A stretch of 64,000 bases of DNA from Paragordius varius (Eukaryota > Animalia > Nematomorpha): contig OZ176051.1 of the NCBI GenBank assembly GCA_964247055.1, forward strand, positions 5,890,001 through 5,954,000. The letters are read 5' to 3'. Below, in pieces: positions 58,897 through 64,000 of the stretch. How positions within the stretch are numbered: position 1 is the stretch's first letter; each line of letters begins with the position of its first letter. The translations under genes were made by a program, and so were the position numbers. Under the pieces are notes generated by a model. It was not told the origin of the DNA, searched no databases, and was given only the letters and a program-made list of their open reading frames with translations.

Positions 58897-61800
58897 ACAT
58901 CAGAAAATTTAACTAGCTTCTGTTATCAAATCAAAAAAACCGTTTCTAAATTCAAACTTGACGCAAATTAGTTTTAAAAATTATATTACGCATAATTCAT
59001 ATTGATTAATGGTAAATGAATCATAACATATGCAGGCTTTTACCAAAAAAAGTCAGAGAGTTTTTTTCAAGTATAGATGCATATATTTTAAATTCAATAT
59101 AATAATACTTTTAGTAAAGGCACCTAGGTAATTTTAATTAATTTTTCAATTATATGATAAATTTAGTATTTTTTATTTTATAAAGTTACCCATTATCATT
59201 TAGGGAAAGATCGGAATTAGTGTTCATGTCAGGCAGTTCACTTTCCAACGTTTTAGATAATGTTTTACTCACTGCATTATATAAAAACTTTTCCATCAAA
59301 CTAAAATCGCTGGCAGTAAATGGTATTGCGCCTTGCATCACTTTATTTTCCAATGGTTTTATAATCTAATTTTTAGATATTACGTATTTATTGTTTTGAA
59401 TATGTAAAAATAGAACAAATCTATTTTATGTTGTATATTTTCAAAAATTTTCTAGATGTTTTAATTGAAAAAAATAAAGCGCATCATATAAACACATAAA
59501 ACATAGTTTTTGACCCAATACTCTAAAAAATCTAATATAACTCCATAAAACCTTTCCATTTGCTATCACGAGAGTTTGTGAAGAATCAACCAGTAAGACA
59601 TATCTACAAAATCGATAATGTATATCGAAAAGAGAGCGATTCATGTTTTTAGTTATTTCCATATTTGACGAGTTTTGAGTCACTGTGCTTAATAATTCAT
59701 GATATAGCTGTTCATCAACTTTTATAATGGCATTTTTGTCCAAATTCTATAATAAAAAATATGTAAAAAAATGAGATTAAGAAATATTTTTTAAATAAAT
59801 TTAAGTACTTACAGATACCCCATACCGTTCCAACAATAACTCCAACCATTTACGCAGTATATTAGCTTGGTCGTCGTTACCATTTATTTCATTGCTATTT
59901 ATCTCATTATTTATCTTATTATTAGTTATAGCTTTAAAAGTTTCAATAAGAAGGTTATTAAGATCTGATTCCTTAACTTTACTCAGTTTATTTATGAATA
60001 ATTTAAAGGTATTCATATCATGAGCCCCATTTACACCATATTGGTGCTGTTGTAAACCAATAGGTTTATTTATAGTACTAAAGAGTAGCGCGGATTGAAT
60101 AGCAATTTTTATCCCATGTAACTTTAACATGACGAAAGTTTGCAATTGCCTTTGATTGAGTGATTTAACATTCAATATATTGCTGACAATCTCAGTAGAT
60201 TCAACAGGGTCCAAATCGATTGGTTTTATATTGTGAATCAATGCTATACGACTGTAAAGTGAACTTTTCTATATATATTGGAAAATATTTCATTTTATTA
60301 TAATATATTTGAGGAATATTCGAAAACAGTGTTTATAAAGTCTAAAAATATTTTTACCAAAAATTTTATCATTTGCGTCAGGAGAGAAAGTCCAGCTAGT
60401 GTATCAAAATCTGCAATAATCCAAAGGGTTATGGGTTTCACTGGGCTATCAGCTAAATTTAAATATACCAAACGAAAATTATTAAATGATTAAAAGTGTT
60501 AACATTAAAATAACACAAAAGATTGGAAACAAAAGTAATATATTTGGATAAATTTTGATTTTAATAAACTTATCACCGTGGTTCGCAACCTTTTTTAGTT
60601 CACGCCCCACCAAATTAAAAAAAATCTTGAACTGCCCCCCCCCCCCCCAAAAAAAAAATAAAAGTTCAAAAATATTATAAAAATCATAATCTATGAAAAA
60701 GTATCCGCAAATGTTAAAATATTTTTTCCATATAAGGGACAAATCTAGAATTTTCTCCTGAGATCCTCATTAAACTTAATTTGTTTCTAGTTTTATATTT
60801 TAATTGAACCAAAACTGATCATTTAATTTACCAATTAACAAATAACATATAATAGTAAACATTTTGTTTCTCCAAATCGCGCCCCTGTTTTTCTACCCCC
60901 CCCACCCCTTTTGGGGAACCACTGACCCAGATTGCGATTAGGTCAAAGAAATAAAAATTAAAAAGAAAAAATTTTGGGTATAAAGGTAGTCTTATAAATA
61001 AAATCCTAAAAATTTATATGGCGTAAATATAAATAGGTTTAAAAATCTTTCTAGGTTAAATATAATTAGGTGATATATAAATAAATAAGTTTACTTTTCT
61101 TATAAATGTATTGCAAATGATTGGATATGATTGAGGACAAGTATGCATTATAGAGATTTTCATCAAGTTCTGTATGGATATTTATAAAAGTATTATATAA
61201 TTATAACTTTAGTAACAGTAGATTCATACCTATTTCTCTGTTAATATTTAATTAAAGCCCTTTTAAACTTTCTTATTATTAAGATTGCTAATTTCTAAAA
61301 ATTATACCGTCAAATATTGTGAGTAATTTTTCACAAACTAATCATTATAAGCCAAAAACAATGAATATATATTGAGATATAAAAGTAAATAAAAAAGTTT
61401 AAAATATGTTTATAATGCGATTTATAAAACAAATATTTTCCCAGGGTAACTATAAAGGACCACTGTTTAGAAATATAATATTCTAACCCAAATTTTGATC
61501 AGGCACCCCAAAACTAAAATCTATGAATCCATCAGATAAGGGAACAATCGATGTAGTTAATATATTCTTGTTAATGCGAGGTAAAACGTTAGATCGTTTA
61601 TTAAGATATTGAATGATGTCAGTTTTATCCGTAATTTTCATCTATACGATGAAAATAATTCAAGTAGGTTTTATAATATTTTATTGAATAAGAATCTACT
61701 TACAATTGTTTATTTTATAAAAGGAACATAATAAAAAATTTTACGCCAAAAATATGCTTACGTTGTAGTAAGTTTCGTAATATTTGTAATAAGCGCGAGC

Positions 61801-62532
61801 CAATAGATTTCTCATTTCTTTTTCAAAGTATACGGGGTCCATCTAAGATACAAAAATAATTATAATATTTGGCAAATTAAAAATTTTATATTTTTCCTCT
61901 AGGAAATTTTCAAGATCACAAATAAAACTTAAAGAAAAATAATAGTCAAATCTGTTTTTATAATTAAAATATTTATAGAATGAATGGATATATAAGAAAA
62001 ATAAATATTCTTAATTGGTAATACTATGGGTTTAAATTGCAATATAATCAATCACTTATAAATCAGAAATTTTAAAATATTCTATTTTTGAAATGATCGA
62101 ATATAACTTAAAACAAATTGTGTTCATACAAAAACAGGTAGTTATTTATATTTAAAATATGCAATTAAATATTATTTATACCTGTTGATTAGTCAATGGG
62201 AGTCCATTAAATAATACTTGGGGTGTTGAATCTAACCCAGAATTTTCATAGTACTCCACACTTTCCTATATATAATACACCAAAACAAAGAGAGAAAAAT
62301 TAAAATTTATATCGGAAAATCAAACCAAAATTCAAAAAGAAAAAAAAAACTAAAAAACCTCCATATCTGTGATAAATTTTTCATTTTGTGCTAAAGCTAA
62401 ACAACCTTCCATTTGAAAACCATGATGTTCGCTGACTACTTCGCTACATATCAATTTTTCCATTTTGTTAACATCCGTAAATAATTCGTCATTTAAGGTG
62501 GTACCATTATTGGGATATAAAATATCCATAAT
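51966..62532 (-). CDS. UGGT: UDP-glucose:glycoprotein glucosyltransferase, 3' portion (5' exons not found in the window)
   Basis: PQVLFNGLP; [20 protein letters not shown]; ELEYLLLEG; PPKGLQ; DTLVMANL; YFQMKANPG; [15 protein letters not shown]; [15 protein letters not shown]; [23 protein letters not shown]; [16 protein letters not shown]; [10 protein letters not shown]; [11 protein letters not shown]; final exon 51966-51997 ends HADHNEL-stop. Confidence 0.95.
52745..53567 (+). mobile_element. 5'-truncated RTE-clade non-LTR retrotransposon, antisense in a UGGT intron
   Basis: [36 protein letters not shown] and RKGRPKTTW in order; frameshifts near 52797 and 53355; Cys4-His-Cys3 finger between KTKVM and FTYLG. 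Confidence 0.88.
54714..54933. mobile_element. AT-rich MITE in a UGGT intron (same family as 3257-3509)
   Basis: tatagggacaaaacgtaaaa versus the reverse complement of ttttcgtttcgtccgtata; inner accatactttt / aaaagtatggt. Confidence 0.6.
60576..60924. mobile_element. hAT-type MITE in a UGGT intron
   Basis: Ends ccgtggttcgcaacc and ttggggaaccactg (reverse complement cagtggttccccaa) with C-runs inside. No matching 8-bp TSD. Confidence 0.55.
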
Positions 62533-64000
62533 CTATAAATTTAGGAGAATTTGGTTTATAAATATAATATGATACAAAAAATGTGAGCATATTTTATTAA
62601 AATGGTTTTATATAAGGGCATGAAATTATTTTGAAATACTGAGATGATATTCTCATTAAAGGTATTAAATATAATTAATAAATTATATTTGGTGAATGCG
62701 AAAAAAAATTGAAAGGATTTGAGATTATAATTTATTCATTTTTTAAAAATTAATACTTGTAGATTTCGCAAATACTTTTACTTAAACTTATGTTTTTATA
62801 ATAAAACACATATTTGATATGACATTATCAGACCCACAATACATCTATATTTATATAAAATGATTTATCTTAAAGTTTTATATTTATTAAAAGTGCTATT
62901 ATTCCTAGAGCCAAATTATCCATCTGTCATCTTTATACTCATAAGTCTTGGCAAGATCAGCAAGGAATTTTAGCATTGGCTTGTGGGTGCGCATATTCTT
63001 ACTATGTAAAGTAATTTATTTCGATAGTGTGATATATAAGCTCATATTGGGTATATTTCATGATTCATATAGTAGTTTTCAGTTGTATGGCTGCAGTTAT
63101 GTACTTCATCACTCTTTTAATGATTCTGCAAATATTCCGAGCACAACGCTTCCACAGTTGGCACCTGTTTTCGTTCGAACTTTTTATAAGCGACAGCCGT
63201 TAATTTAAGAAAGACAATTCTCAGAGTTATGATGGATAAATTAAAAATGGTATCAAATGAGTCTGATCACGGTGTAGCCGTGAAGCTTCATTTTTTAAGT
63301 TATGCATAGACATTGACAATGGTGACTAGGGAATTTAATCTGTTATGATCAATTTTAAATGAAGCATTTGGAATATTTCCAAAAATGATATAAGTTTAAG
63401 CCATTACTAATACTAATTTTGGGTTGCATATGTTACTTAAATTCAATTTAGTTGTATGTAGCAACACTTTACGAACATAAAAACAATCCTAAACCCAACG
63501 ATGTTTCTACTTCTCAGAAAAGATTTTTAATGCCGTTTATTAATCCTCTCTCTTTAAGGCGAATGTTTGATTACTATTGTCAATATAGTTACTAGTGTTC
63601 TGTGGAGACAAATTCTTAGCTGCCCAAAATATTAATATGGGGTAAGAACCCAACAGGTGTGAGTCTTTGGATCATTTATTTCTTGTAAGATCAGAATTGA
63701 TTTTATGTTCATAAATTATTACTGCATGCAAAAACTCAATGTAACTTAAGGATTAACCACAACTTCAGATTGATATAAGATATTGTCTCAACCTTATATG
63801 AGTTTTGGAAATATTCCCAGATGCTTCATTTAAAATTGATCGTAACAAAGTTAATACCTTACACCCCATTGTTTATATGTATACAAGACTTAAGAGATGA
63901 AGTTGCTCGGCTAAGAAAATTCCCGATAGCACATCCTGATCAGTCCCATCTGATACCGTTTTTGAAATTTAAACATCACACCTCTGAGTTGTCTTTATGC

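Overview
Eukaryotic (animal) genomic DNA, very AT-rich, with many spliceosomal GT-AG introns; it is not prokaryotic and has no CRISPR array. Recognisable host genes: NECAP (17023-17586, -), heparan sulfate D-glucuronyl C5-epimerase GLCE (24655-28139, +), a roughly 22-kb multi-exon CHD1 remodeller (28873-51058, +), and the 3' part of UGGT (51966 to at least 62532, -), which ends in the ER-retrieval-like signal HNEL. Two further genes are inferred: an orphan multi-exon gene at about 2.2-9.4 kb that the ORF track largely misses, and a ~95-aa protein with a capping-protein-interaction-like motif at 24241-24558. Transposon content: a TIR-bounded Charlie/GTF2IRD2-type hAT pseudogene with a second hAT relic next to it, about ten full or partial copies of a ~575-bp TTAA-flanked piggyBac-type MITE, a piggyBac transposase relic, two copies of a non-autonomous Helitron (one nested in a MITE), an RTE LINE fragment carrying a PHD finger inside a UGGT intron, a mariner-like relic, and several foldback MITEs. 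The most interesting observations are: CHD1 appears to have lost the H3K4me aromatic cage (W325-equivalent is Arg) and carries a large insert in chromodomain 2; there are 26-33-nt micro-introns among otherwise 60-2000-nt introns; and the CPI/WH2-like microprotein. All exon boundaries and alignments were read by eye, no searches were run, and the organism is not identified.
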